Positions 25,492-37,599 of a stretch of DNA of 64,000 bases are shown here, piece after piece (within the stretch, counting starts at the first letter, position 1; each line of letters starts with the position of its first letter). The position numbers were made by a program, and so were the translations under genes. Location of the stretch: the NCBI GenBank assembly GCA_046563655.1, contig CM102288.1, positions 4,464,001 through 4,528,000 of the forward strand. Reading direction: 5' to 3'. A model generated the notes under the pieces. That model made no database searches and was not told the origin of the DNA. It saw only the letters and a program-made list of their open reading frames with translations. This stretch comes from Yuukianura sp. NJ FZ-2021 (taxonomy: Eukaryota).

Positions 25492-25670
25492 AGCTGAATC
25501 CGGATGAGCCTGTAAGAACGTACTATCCTACACTTAACTTAAGTTTTGATTCTAATCAGTTAATTAATAAATTAAATTCATAAACTGTAAACCTGAAAAC
25601 AAAATTTATGTTTTAATAATTTTTAGTAGAAAAAAAAATCCCTCCAAAACAAGGGTTGAATTAAGATTTA

Positions 25671-25870
25671 ACCACATTATTGTAGCCACACATTGTGGTA
25701 ACTCTGCGGCAACAATGGATGGCTACACTATGCGGCTACTTTCGTTGCCAATTTAGATCGAGTTTTTTTAAGTTCGAACGGCTACAAATGTTGCCATTAA
25801 GTGTAGCCGCCTCTCGTAGCCACAAAAGATGGGCAGAGTGGCAACTGTTGTAGTGAGCTACAATGATGGT
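25671..25870. mobile_element. Possible MITE remnant of about 200 bp
   Basis: CATTATTGTAGC (25675-25686) matches GCTACAATGATG (25857-25868) as an inverted pair at 11/12. The interior has many GTAGCC/GGCTAC/GTTGCC/GGCAAC hexamers in both orientations. No clear TSD. Confidence 0.35.
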
Positions 25871-26428
25871 GATAATCCTTACGTCAACCAAAACAGCTAA
25901 AAACTTCTTTTGGCGCTTGTGTTTTCAAATTATGTCAATGGGAATTGGGCTGGGCACATTCACAGCTGATACTTAAACCAAATAAATTAGCATTAATTTG
26001 TTAATTTAGGTTAATCGGAAGTTAATCCCACATTGCCACATTATGCTCAATGATGAGATTTACAGAGAATTCAAGGTGTGAAAAACAATCCAATGGTTCT
26101 TAGTTGTAACATGGATTACGCATGTACAACATTACTACCACGTCATTAGATGAGGAAAGATAAATGAGAGGAAACAGATGACTCATTCATTCGTGTACGT
26201 TTTTTTCTGGCTAAAATTGTGATTGTGCAAAATCTGCTGATCATTTTGGTTTTTGGAGAAAACACACCCTAAAAGACCCAACGATTGAAGAAAAACAGAT
26301 TAACCTTACTAACTACACTACTAACTAACCATTAATCGAACATTGAAGATCAACATTCAGCGGGGGAGTAGCTAGTGGGTTCTTTGGCATAACTTAAAGA
26401 TTCCCATTCAATATCGGTTGATGTCAAA

Positions 26429-29400
26429 ATGTTTAGATCGTCAGGAGAAGCAAACTTTGACAAATTATTAGGTAAGCTGAAATGTGCCATAATGGTTTAC
26501 TAAGACATAAAAGAGGAAGTAACGAATATGTAAATATGGATTTCGTATTTGAATGTATGAATTTGCAGACCGAGCGACTAGCCACCTTCTGCTCGAAGTT
26601 GATTTAGGAGCTGTTCTTGGGATAACTGACCTAATACGGCAAAAGGACTGCACGTAAGAGTATTCTAACAATGCTAGTTGCAAGTAACAGCCAAAACAGT
26701 AGTAACATATTTATGTTTGTTTCCAAAGGCCTAAGTATGCTGTTTCTGCAATTAAGAAGAAGCTTACGACTCCAAATCCGCATGTCGCTTTCTACTCTTT
26801 GCAGGTAATGTCGTCGTCGTGTTGGTCTAACTTTCGTTCGGTACAAAATTACTGGAACCCGGATTCAGAATAATTTATAATGCATTGCAGGTATTGGAAG
26901 CGGTTGTGAAAAACTGCGGAAGTCCATCCCATGAAGAAGTTGCTACAAAGGAGTTTATGGAGTTCCTACGAGATCTGGCAAAAACTACGAATCACGATAA
27001 TGTGCGGGACAAAATACTGGAATTGATTCAAACCTGGGCTCACGCCTTTCGCAAACTGTCGTCTTACCGGGCTGTGCAAGACTGCGTCGTAAGTTTTTAT
27101 CAAATTCAAAACCGATGGAATTGGACTTTATGTAGTAAATTTGAACTAAAGCTAAAATTCAATTTCAGAACATCATGAAAGCTGAAGGATGCAAGTTTCC
27201 TCCACTTGTTGAAGCGGACGCAATGTTTATGGCATCCACTGCTCCTGAATGGCAGGAAGGGGAATGTTGCAATCGTTGTCGTGTTCAATTTGGATTGCTC
27301 AACAGAAAGGTTACAAGAACACTACAACTATATTTCACAGTTACATAGCTCAATTTTACGTAAATTCCTAATTTTTCATTTTTTTTTTGTTGGTTTCAGC
27401 ATCACTGTCGTGCGGTAAGTTCTTACTTGATAACCTCGAAGTCGACGAAGGAAAGAAATACTTTTGAATTTAACTTTTGAGTCTAACTAGGTCACTTCTT
27501 TCTATCACTCCGTTCAGAATTGACAAGCCACTAAAAATTCTGTTTGTATTTCAGTGTGGCCAAATTTTTTGTGCAAAATGCTCCTCAAAAGTTTCAGCCG
27601 TACCGAAATTCGGAATTGAAAAGGAAGTTCGAGTCTGCGACTCTTGTTTTGAAAAATATGGAAAGTAAGTTCATTTTTTAAAGTAATTATTATTTACCAA
27701 TTTGCCTTCAAAGCACCTTGCGAAGAGTCAAGAATTGTCGTTGACCTTTGACCCTCCAAGGCGTAACATGTTTGCGAAGGTGATAAGGTGGACCATGAAT
27801 AATTCTGTTTACTTTTCACTGGTGGCTGAAACTGATAACGAATTATTTCATACTTCTCAATTGAGTTTCCAAAATTAACTGACGAGGTTAAAGTTTAGAC
27901 TTCGTGATTCGCACTTTCACATCTTTGATTTTTAAAAGTTTTCTTTTCAAAACAAGTCAAAATCTCCCATTTTTAGTTTCTTTTTCTGGAATCGGACGAG
28001 TTGGTTGGTACCCAATCCATAGTTAAAATATGAGTTGCTGGAGTTCATAATTCCGAATTGATTTGAAATTTTGAAAAAGTGATTTTAAGAATTTTAACTG
28101 GAAATAGCTCTTCTGGAGACTCGTTCCCTAGGGATAATGACTCAATTGATGACCCAATGGACATGCTATTGAGAGGTGGACGACCAACGTCTTCCAGTCA
28201 GCCACCATCCCACAGTGTCAATAGTAAATCGTCACCGGTACAAACTATATTTCATTTGCAAAACATTTTAGTACTCAAGTCATTCAACTTTCAAGTTGCT
28301 GAATCATGCATTTAACACTTGAAGTTAATGACTTGGTCACTTTTGCACTATAATTGTGCGTTGTGCCTCGAGCTTAAAGCATTTTGACTCCCAAACCCGT
28401 TATACCAAACCTCTTCGCTGCCTCTTGTACTCTTGGTTGTTGTGAATTTGTTTAACTTTGGAACAAGGGACATTCAATTACTAAAAATTTAGCTAAAAAT
28501 TAATTTGTTGTTACTTTGTTCCTAAAATTGCTTCATTTTTTCCTGTTTTTGTGTTTTCTCTTTTCTTGATTAATTCTGTAGGCATAAGTCGTCAAAGGCT
28601 GACAAGGTAAAAGTTGCTACAACTAATATTTCTTCTTCGGGATCGGATGAGGCTCTGCAACACGCAATTGAAGCCTCACTGGCAGAATTTAATTCAAAAA
28701 AAGTATGTCAAGTATGGAGCATATCCGATCCTTCATTAATCGATTAATCCAGTCACAAACTTAACTAATCTCGATTAACGTAAACTTAGGAAACGTAACT
28801 TGTCTAACCCAATACCTTTGTCGTCTTTTCATTTTGCTTCCTTTGCATATCTTTTGTCTGCTTTCCTAACCCTAGCACACTGCTGCATGCTTGTTTCTTG
28901 TGTTGTGCAAATGCAGTATTTTGTTTTAAAAATTTTGGATTTTGAAACTAAACGTTTTTGTATCAATTGAAGGTTCAACATTCCCAGGCACAGCAGCCAC
29001 GCGGGAAAACTGAAGCTGAATTGAAAGAAGAGGAAGACTTGGCTTTGGCACTTGCAATTTCCCAGTCTGAGGCTGAAGAAAAAGAGCGTGAAAAACAACG
29101 CAAAAGTACTGGCGGAAGTGCTAGCGCTGCAACTTCAGCGCCAACTGCTGACAGAGATTTTGAGAAGTCTGAGAAAGATAGAAGCTCTTCGACACCCAAG
29201 AAATCGGCTATGGCAAAGTCAACATTTGAACAAGAGGATCCAGAACTTGCGAGATACTTGGACAGAAACTACTGGGAACAACGTCATGGACAGACAAAGG
29301 AAGAGGTTTCGAGAGAAGAGACTGGAAGTAGTTTGCATAACAAGAGTCCTTCACCATTCCAGCCCTCGGCTCCAGTAAAAGAGAATAAGAACAAGGTGGA

Positions 29401-31028
29401 ACAAGTAGAAGAAATGGACGGATTCATGGAATCGCTGCGAGCGTCAATTGAGATGTTCGTGAATCGGATGCGGTCAAATTCCAATAGAGGACGACATGTT
29501 TCCAATGATTCTACGGGTGAGTTTTCACTAAAAGTTGAAGAAAACAGGAGTTTTGGCAAAATTTTTTTGGATTTTTGAAATTATGATTGTCTTTTATTCC
29601 AGTGCAATCGCTGTTTCTGAATATCACGTCTCTACATTCCCAACTGTTGAACTATATCAAGGCTCAGGATGACTGGCGAGGTGAGTGAAAATTTTGAATT
29701 TCAAAAACAAAATTGAATTTTTGGAGTTTTTGGACGCCTTATTTTGATTTTTAGCACATTACGAAAGTCTACAAGAGAAGTTGATGCAGGTTCATGATGC
29801 GAGGGATGCTTTGGACGATTTACGGAAAGACTACGGGGAGAAGCAACGTCGAATTGCTGAGGAAATTGAGCGTCAGCGGCAAATTCAGCGTCAAATCAAA
29901 CTCCAGGACATGCGACAACAGAAGCATCAGTATCTTCAGCAACAGCGAGATTTGGCACTGCGTCGGATCCAAGAAGAGGAGCGTCAGATGCAACTGAGAA
30001 TGGAACAGCAACGTCTTGGAACTTTCGGAGGCTATTCGATGCGTGGACAAGGTACTGCTTCTGAAACATGTTCAACGATTTTGTTTTAACTATTTAGTTT
30101 AACGAGATACTGTTTTATGGCAGGGTACGCTGGGCCGCCTTCGGGTCAAATTCCTCCGGGAATGATGATGGGGCCAGGTCAAGGTCAAGATCCACAACAC
30201 ATGTATCAGTACATGCCACAGGCGCATTACATGGACGGACAGCAGCATCCTAACGCAATGTTGCCGCCACAGCATCATATTCCACAAGGACAAGGACCAC
30301 AACAACATATTCCAGCAGGCCAAGGCTATCCCCAACACATGGCCCAGGGCCAAGGGTATCAGCAGCAGCATATTCCTCCGGGTCAGGGATATCCGCAGCA
30401 TATTCCACCAGCACAAGGACAACAGCAGCATATTCCACCAGGTCAAGGACAACAACAGCATATTCCACAGAGTCAAGGACAACAACAGCAAATTCCTCCA
30501 GGTCAAGGACAACAACAATATATTCCACCGGGTCAAGGACAACAACAACAACAACAACATATTCCACCAGGTCAAGGGCAACAACAACATATTCCACCAG
30601 GTCAAGGATACCCTCAGCATATGCCTCCGGGTCAAGGATATCAGCAGCATCCGTATACTGGACCTGATGCTGCCTCCATGCCAAGTGGGCCACCACAAAT
30701 GATGCCTCAGATGGCACAAGGACCTCCGCAAGTTGAAGCCCCACCTCAGGTTAATGTGCCACCACAACCCCAGGTTAATGCTCCGCCGGCCCAGGTGAAT
30801 GCTGCACCATCCCAGGCTAATGCACCACCACAAGCCCAGGTTACTTCTTCACAACCCCAGGTTAATGCTCCGCCACCCCAAATTGATGCACCACCACAAG
30901 TGAATGCACCACCTACTCCAGTTGGATCCAATCAAGACGTAGCAACTGCTGCTGCTGTCACTGCTCCCGCTCCAGCTCCTCCTGTTAAAGCGGAACCAGA
31001 TATCGCTGAACTGATCAGCTTCGACTAA
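26429..31028 (+). CDS. HGS: Hepatocyte growth factor-regulated tyrosine kinase substrate (Hrs/Vps27, ESCRT-0)
   Basis: Exons 26429-26471, 26569-26653, 26729-26804, 26891-27088, 27169-27309, 27400-27414, 27555-27664, [28108-28237 or 28582-28702], 28973-29516, 29603-29680, 29755-30051, 30124-31028. VHS (VLEAVVKNCG, ILELIQTWAHAF), FYVE (APEW..RKHHCRACGQIFC..VRVCDSC), UIM (EEEDLALALAISQSE), PELARYL, PSAP, coiled coil, P/Q-rich tail, terminal clathrin box LISFD. Confidence 0.97.
30274..30650 (+). repeat. Coding minisatellite of about 30 nt units encoding HIPPGQG(Q/Y)(Q/P)Q repeats in the Hrs P/Q-rich region
   Basis: About 12 imperfect copies of catattccaccaggtcaaggacaacaacag. Confidence 0.9.
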
Positions 31029-31268
31029 ATCCCTCGCTTTGTGCTTAAAGTTTCAAACAAGAAGACTTTTAGATGTGGAATGATTTTTCGAGAAAACGAT
31101 TGACCTTGACGATTTACATTCGTGGATGTAAGAAAGAATTAATTTCCAAAATTGTCAACTCTTCTTCAATTTGAAGCTTGCGCTTGTAATAAATATTAGT
31201 GAACACAAATAAATCAAAATTTGAACAAAAAGTTTTAAAGTGTGGAGTCCTTTTTTTGTGAATTTTTT

Positions 31269-33391
31269 TTAGAAACTACGATGATATGAGATGATAAAAT
31301 TTCGACTCTTGTTAACCAGCTTCACTGAGCCTGCTTTTGACCTCCGATCAACCAAGTTGTCCACGAGTCCCCAAGGCTGTAAAGTAATTAACAAAGTAAT
31401 CTAATTAATCAGTTTAGTTAAAGTTAAGTAACTTCGTAGTTTAATTACTGACCTCATTTTGATGATCTTCCCAACTCTCCAACTTTAGGGAAATACCGTG
31501 TGACGAAACCGAATTCTTTTGGAGTGTTACTTGGTATCCGCTGGACATAAAGTCCGCAAGGATGTACAGCTTGGACACATCGACTGTAGTGGACGTTTCA
31601 GCCGCCTGCGTCATGAACTTCCGGATTCGCTTGTCCTCATCTACTGACTTCACCACAGGTTCAATGTCAAGTTGTTTTAGATTCCAATTGTAGATAGTAT
31701 CGGTGTAGACGTAGCAACACTGTACTATCGTTTTAGTCTCAGTCACGACCTTGGACAGTTTCCGACTTGTTTCACACAGATCATCAATGGTTATCCAGAA
31801 CTTTTGAGTTGTTTCAAGAAGTCGAGCGATTTCGGGTTTTTCAAACTTCAGTTTTCGGAATCTCGTGGATCCAGTGAACTTGAGAAGGCCGCAGGTAAGT
31901 TCAAGAATTGACGAAGGTCGTTCTGAACCTGGTTGTTCAAGAACATCAGTCGGAGTAATCGATTTCTTGAAAGTTTTGAGACACGAAGACAGTAATCGGA
32001 GAGCTTCTTGGATAAACATGGCAATCAGTTCCACTTTTTCTGGAATTTCTAGAACACTGAATACTTCCCAGTTGCTTTCCGGTGTTGCTTGGACTAAGAT
32101 GACAACAGGCGATCGGCTGAGATCAGCATGCTGATCGGCAGTAATCGAGTGAGTTCGGCTTCTTCTTGGTGACATTGACCTTGACCTTGCAGTGGCTCTT
32201 TTTAGGATTGACTTGGGCTGAGGAGCTGTTGCCGGTGGTTTGCTTAACTTTAGTTCTGTAGTTGTCTTCTTAGCATCAATTGTCTTGGGCTTGACTTCCG
32301 GTGGACGTACTTTCGGTACCAACAAAAACGGATTCTGCTTGAATTGGAAACGACCTTGCAGGACAGTGACGAGCTGAGATCCATTTTGACGTAAATCGTC
32401 AACTCGACGTAAAAATTCAGACGATTCCAGAGCAAACTCTTGCGTCAACTCTCCAATTTCTTCGTAAGCTGCATGAGTTTCCATTAGACGTGTGTTGAGA
32501 CGGGGATTTGGATGTAGAATTTGATCTTCCTCGGAGAGTGTTGTGGGTGACATTGGGATATGATTCATTCCGTAGGTGAGTAGCCACAAGTATGCTCCGA
32601 CGATACTTTCCTTCTGGGGTACAGGAGTGTCAGCATCCTGGAATGACAGTTTGGACATGAGGGGACGAAGGCCTTCAAGTGTCTCTTCGGCATTCTTCGT
32701 TACGGTGGACAGCAAATTTAGAAACCCGGCGACATTTTTGCAGTGTTTCGTGTTCCAAATTCTACAAAAAACAATCAGAATCTCAAACAAATTCTTACCA
32801 AATGATAATTTTCAAAAACATAAAGTTACCGAATAGCTTCGATTGCAGATTCGGTTCTAGAAGGAAGCAAATTTTTGGGACCACAGCACCAACCGCAGCA
32901 AATCCTCCGTCTGCTCATAAAAAAACGTTTCATTTACGATTACAAGTTAAAATTTAAACGAAACTAAATGTAAACTGTTTGTCACCAACCTACCAACAAG
33001 ATCAAAGTCGGTTTTCACTGCTACGAGCTTCGGGCGGTGGCTTTCAGTGCGTGCCACGTTAGGCTGTGAAGGTGGCTTAGCGACATCCTCGGCTACTCCC
33101 GACACGTCACCTTGTTGCTGTGTTTGCTCCTTACTGTTACTCTCAACAGCAACATTGTCAACCAACGTCGAAATACGTTTGAGCGACGTATTCCCCGGTG
33201 CTAGTTGATCAGATGGTCTGGACGTGTCGCCCATGTCCTAAAAAGCTTAATTACTCCGCCCAATCAATTATCAATTGAACAAAATCTTCAATAAGTAAGG
33301 TCAACTGAACATCATCAGTGACTTCAGTCAGTAGTGCGCTGAGGTCAATTGATGTTTCACAAGTTCCCCTTACGTTGTGTTGCCACGACAT
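31269..33391 (-). CDS. Uncharacterised protein of about 600 aa; no family recognised
   Basis: Predicted exons 33391-33374, 33237-32990, 32910-32830, 32761-31453, 31376-31269 splice in frame with GT-AG boundaries. One exon is a 1.3 kb open frame. Contains RRRICCGWCCGP and an RS-rich stretch (ARSRSMSPRRSR). The first exon is uncertain. Confidence 0.7.
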
Positions 33392-33930
33392 TTAATCGCT
33401 ATCGATGTCATTGTCAATTTCGAGCCAATTTTTGAATTGTATTTATTTTAACGTCGGTAAAAATTATTTGCATGAAGAGCCGCCCACTGACTCCCCAAAT
33501 TCTATTTGTACAAAAACGCTAATTTAAATTGTAAACCTTTGGCAAAAGACTTGACTGTTTAGTTGAAAATTGTGTAATTAATGAATGTAGAAAGTTGCCA
33601 ATTAAATATTAAGTTGTGTCAAAAATGCCGAAAACCAAAGGAATTACTAATGGAAAGGCACTTTGATAGCTTGCTGTTCAGCGAAAAGATGCGAATTTAG
33701 CAAACATTAACCGACTGAAAACTGATATTACGGTTCTCGTTGGAAAATCTAACCTAAGGTATGAGTTGATAATTAAATTATTGATGACAATGCAATTGCA
33801 TTTTTCTTTAGTAAATTGAGCTTTTCAGATCAGTTCACAACATATGGAGATATAAGCGAACGACGAACCCATCTGAGTCTGTTTTGCATCTCATATTTCC
33901 GAGTGTCGGTGACGAAATTCGATCTACAGA

Positions 33931-35176
33931 TTAGTTGGACAGAGCATCCTTGAGAGCCATCACATACTGAAAGGAAGAGTCAACAATTAGAATATTAATT
34001 AAACCCAAAGTAATTAAGTAAACTCAGAAGAAAATATTGAAATCGCATACTTGAGCAGGAAACCAGTAGATAAAGACTCGACTGGCTTCTGTAGGGCCAA
34101 GTTGAATAGCGACGATATGATAATGCTCATATCCAGTGATCGGTTGACTCACGACGTTTCGGATGGTTCCAATTGCTACTTTCTCAGTCCTCTCCTTTGT
34201 TCCGATCCAAAGCTATAAAAAGTATAAAGAATAACTAACCAAGTTGTTTTCATTAGATTTTCATTGGTTTTTTAGTTGACCAACCTCGTCAGCTTCAAGT
34301 TTGATGGTTAGACGAAGTTTTGAACCTTTGGCATTGACCATTCCAGAAATCGGTAAATCAGGAAGCGGATCGTTACAACCGAGAATCCCTGGCATGACAT
34401 CCTCTGGAATTCCCTTCTCAATGATCTTCTGATGACGAGGGACTGAGCACCAATTTCCAGATGAAGAACTTTCGTTGACTGTGTCATCGCCTTTCAGTTC
34501 AGCTGCTGTGGGTGTTTTGTTAACGGCCAACACATCGTCTAGCTTGGTTCCAATTACCATCACTTTGGAACCTGCTGCCAATCCAAGCGATTCTAGCACC
34601 ACATCGTCTTTGGGTATCCCCTTGACCAGAACTTTTTGTAATTCGGGAGCAATTTTGGTAAAAGTTTCAATCATTCGTTTCAAATCACCTGAAACGAAAA
34701 ATGAAACGTTTAGAACTGAAAAACTACATTGATCTGAACGACTTACCGACAGTCTTTTTTAGAGAAATTTTGATTGGGATCGGTTGTTTGTTGTAAGTGA
34801 CTCTGAGCTCTACTTCGACTTCCGGTTCTGGCTCAGGGTCGGCGATGGAAGAAGAACTGGCGATTGGTTCGTCCAGAACCGACGAGGACTCAGGTTCTCT
34901 TTTGCTTTCTTCCACTTCCATAGCACTTGTCACCGAGGTGGCCGACGTTGTGGTAATGGCTGGAGCAGGAGATACCGCCATACATTCGTCCTTCCCTTCC
35001 TCCTCGTCCTGACTCATACTCTTCCGTTTTCTTCCACTCCCATTCTGGGTTTGCTGCTCCTCGTTGTCACCGATCATAGGGGTTGAAGTGTCGACAACAG
35101 AGGTGCTGCCACTTCCAACAGTGTCACCAACGCCTTCATCCTTCGTCGTAGAACTGACTTCATCCACATCCTCCAT
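33931..35176 (-). CDS. UBFD1: Ubiquitin domain-containing protein UBFD1
   Basis: Exons 35176-34747, 34688-34285, 34212-34051, 33966-33931. Acidic N-terminus, UBL (LRVTYNK..TVGDLK..LQKVLVKG..KVMVIGT), HQKIIEKGIPEDVMPG, LRLTIKLE..LWIGTKERTEK, QLGPTEASRVFIYWFPAQYV. Confidence 0.92.
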
Positions 35177-35541
35177 GGCTGACAGCTTCAACAAAACAAA
35201 AAAACAACATAAAATAAGCCTTTGGGCCATCATCGGTAGACTACCAAAAATAAGTCAGTATTTCATTACCGTTCACTCCTCCACGTTGTATAATTTTGAA
35301 GTCTCGTTGACCAATCAATCGGACAATTCCTACTTGATGTACTAGTTCCTCACTGCTCACTGCTGCTATTACGAAACTAATGTAGCTGTTGTTGGTTTGC
35401 TTCGAGTTCTCCCGTGTCAATACGTTGCTGTGGGGTCATAAAATACAGTAAAGTCAGTGACCGCAGTTACATAATGGCAATGACCTGTCAATTTCAGACT
35501 ACTCCACATGAATAAGGAAAACTACTTTACCTAGTACCTAG

Positions 35542-36075
35542 GTAAGAGGTAACCCTTCGAGTCCGATGCACTGACGGCGACCGACGACGAGCGAATTGTC
35601 GTAACCTGCAAAATTACAACAACCTTTTAACACACAGTTTCCGACCTGTAACTGCCACGGTCGCACGCCATTCGTTTTTTTAAAAGTTTTTGAAAAAAAC
35701 TTCGCGCAAAAATTTTCAAATTTTTGGGCATCCTCCGCTGAAGGGTTCTTCGCATGGCGCCGCAAGCCTGGCTTCTAATAACCAGTAATAATGTTATTAA
35801 AAATGAAAAACGAGGCGTCCGACAGAAATCCCCCATACATTGACCTCGGCCATGGGACGCTCGGCGTGTAACTGCCCTAGTCGCACGCTATGCGTGCGCA
35901 CCCATCCTCCGATCCTCACGTATAATCAAAAACCCGCTTATTTCGTCCAGAACAAAGAAACTGCGTGGGACAGTGGCAGTTACAGGTGGGGTGTAAGAGG
36001 TAACCCTCCGATGCACTGACGGCCACCGACGACGAGCGAATTGTCGTAACCTGCAAAATTACAACAACCTTTTAA
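35542..36075. mobile_element. Non-autonomous TIR element of about 360 bp (35631-35992) flanked by an 83-89 bp direct duplication
   Basis: Direct repeats 35542-35630 and 35993-36075 differ by one 6-nt indel and one substitution. Inverted repeats 35641-35668 and 35963-35990 match at 25/28. A third internal copy of the TIR motif lies at 35867-35888. Confidence 0.6.
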
Positions 36076-36499
36076 TTAAATTGATCTGATTTGATTTGGT
36101 TTCTTCTCTTCAGCAGGAGACTTTTAATTAATTATGTACACATAATTTTCAAAGACAAAAGACATAAAAAAAAAGAGTACCGTTTCAAATTTTGGCAACA
36201 CACGGGCACGGGACACGGTATCTCAAAATCTGTTTCTGTGAGACAGCATGACGCCAAGCTACTGTGCCAAACGTTATGGGTCAAGATGAGTCCAATCGAC
36301 TTGTTCTAAACTAATTCACTGAAAAATTAATCATTACAAATACTATTTTATAATTTATTAATTCATTTCAAACAGTAATTTTTCCTCTATCATTCTCATA
36401 AAACTCTCATCCGTATAAGAAACAGCCTAATCCTAATCGTATCGAATAGCTTTTGAGTTCATTCAACTTTAAACAATTATTACAATTAATTTATATAAA

Positions 36500-37567
36500 T
36501 TAACTAATTTGCACTTGGTAAACGCTGAAGCGATGGTTAATATTAGGCAAACAATGGAGCTTAGTAAGGGACACAAGGGCTCCTGACTTTTGACACTGCG
36601 CAAAGAACACTCGATTGGTCCTAGCATGTAGAAGTGTCATGGCGCACATGAGACAAGGTTCATGGCTCAAGTACACATCCAGTCCAGTACACAAGTAATC
36701 CCCGACACTCGATCGTTGTCGAATCGATTTAGCTTCCTCTCCAGGTACTTCTGGTATCCTGTACTTGTGTACTTGAGTCAAAGTTAACGCCGTACCACCC
36801 TGAAGTACTGCCACAGCATCCACTGCAACATTTACAGCATGTCGCAGTGGAAGTACTCCGGATGATCCAGTCGTACATATCAGTGTATCTGGACAGCCTT
36901 CAGTAGGGTCATGCACTAAGCAGACAGGGACTCCACCTGATTCGTTACTTTTAGCTACAACGGACTCCATATTTGTCTGAATACTTCTCAACTCCTGCGC
37001 AGTAAATCCACAGTCTTCGGCTAACAACTTGTCAAGATTCTTATCCGGTTTGAAGTTCAATGGCCACAGGGACTTTACAGCTTCAAACTGCCTACTTGAC
37101 AGTGGACACCTACCGGCAACTTCCACGATTTTGATCGATTCCTCACTTAAATCAAGTCCAGCATAATAGTCACTCAATTGTACACTCTGGTTATCATCAC
37201 TAGACACTCCAGTAACTGGAATGCATGATTTCAACAAGTCAAGTAGACTTGCGATACTTGACGTCTCTTCGACTGCTGTCAAAGCAATGGTCATCTCACC
37301 ATTCTTTGAGCAAATTCTTCTAAGATGAATCAAGGACTTCGGAAGTGGCGGAAGTCTGATCAGTAGATTGCTCGATTGACGTCGATCTGTAATCTTGGCC
37401 ACAAAGATCTTGATTAGCGGTATCTCTTGTGTTTTGTCATCAGACAAAACAGCTGATATTTTCATTGACATTTTCCGTTTCTTAGTTTCCGGTTCATCGT
37501 GACTTGGAGGGGGAAGGGAGGGGACAGTAGCAGCAGTGATTAAATGTTGATGACAGTTGATATCCAT
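36500..37567 (-). CDS. ADAT3: tRNA-specific adenosine deaminase subunit 3 (Tad3, catalytically inactive subunit), intronless
   Basis: Single open frame with first ATG at 37567 (the ORF-track start at 37630 is GTG). Motifs: HLRRI, P.S.RQFE...WPLNF, pseudo-active site RHAV (V replacing the catalytic E), [32 protein letters not shown]....NHRFSVY. Confidence 0.95.
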   Translation of the reverse strand: MDINCHQHLITAATVPSLPPPSHDEPETKKRKMSMKISAVLSDDKTQEIPLIKIFVAKITDRRQSSNLLIRLPPLPKSLIHLRRICSKNGEMTIALTAVEETSSIASLLDLLKSCIPVTGVSSDDNQSVQLSDYYAGLDLSEESIKIVEVAGRCPLSSRQFEAVKSLWPLNFKPDKNLDKLLAEDCGFTAQELRSIQTNMESVVAKSNESGGVPVCLVHDPTEGCPDTLICTTGSSGVLPLRHAVNVAVDAVAVLQGGTALTLTQVHKYRIPEVPGEEAKSIRQRSSVGDYLCTGLDVYLSHEPCLMCAMTLLHARTNRVFFAQCQKSGALVSLTKLHCLPNINHRFSVYQVQIS

Positions 37568-37599
37568 GTTCCGAACTCTCGTTAATTTATTGTTTGTTG

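Noticed and set aside
26049..26240. C/D box snoRNA (ATGATGA ... CTGA)
   Set aside because: The boxes are too far apart, with no terminal stem or recognisable guide sequence.
30099..30931. Long minus-strand ORFs (244 aa and 164 aa)
   Set aside because: Antisense shadows of the repetitive Hrs P/Q-rich exon.
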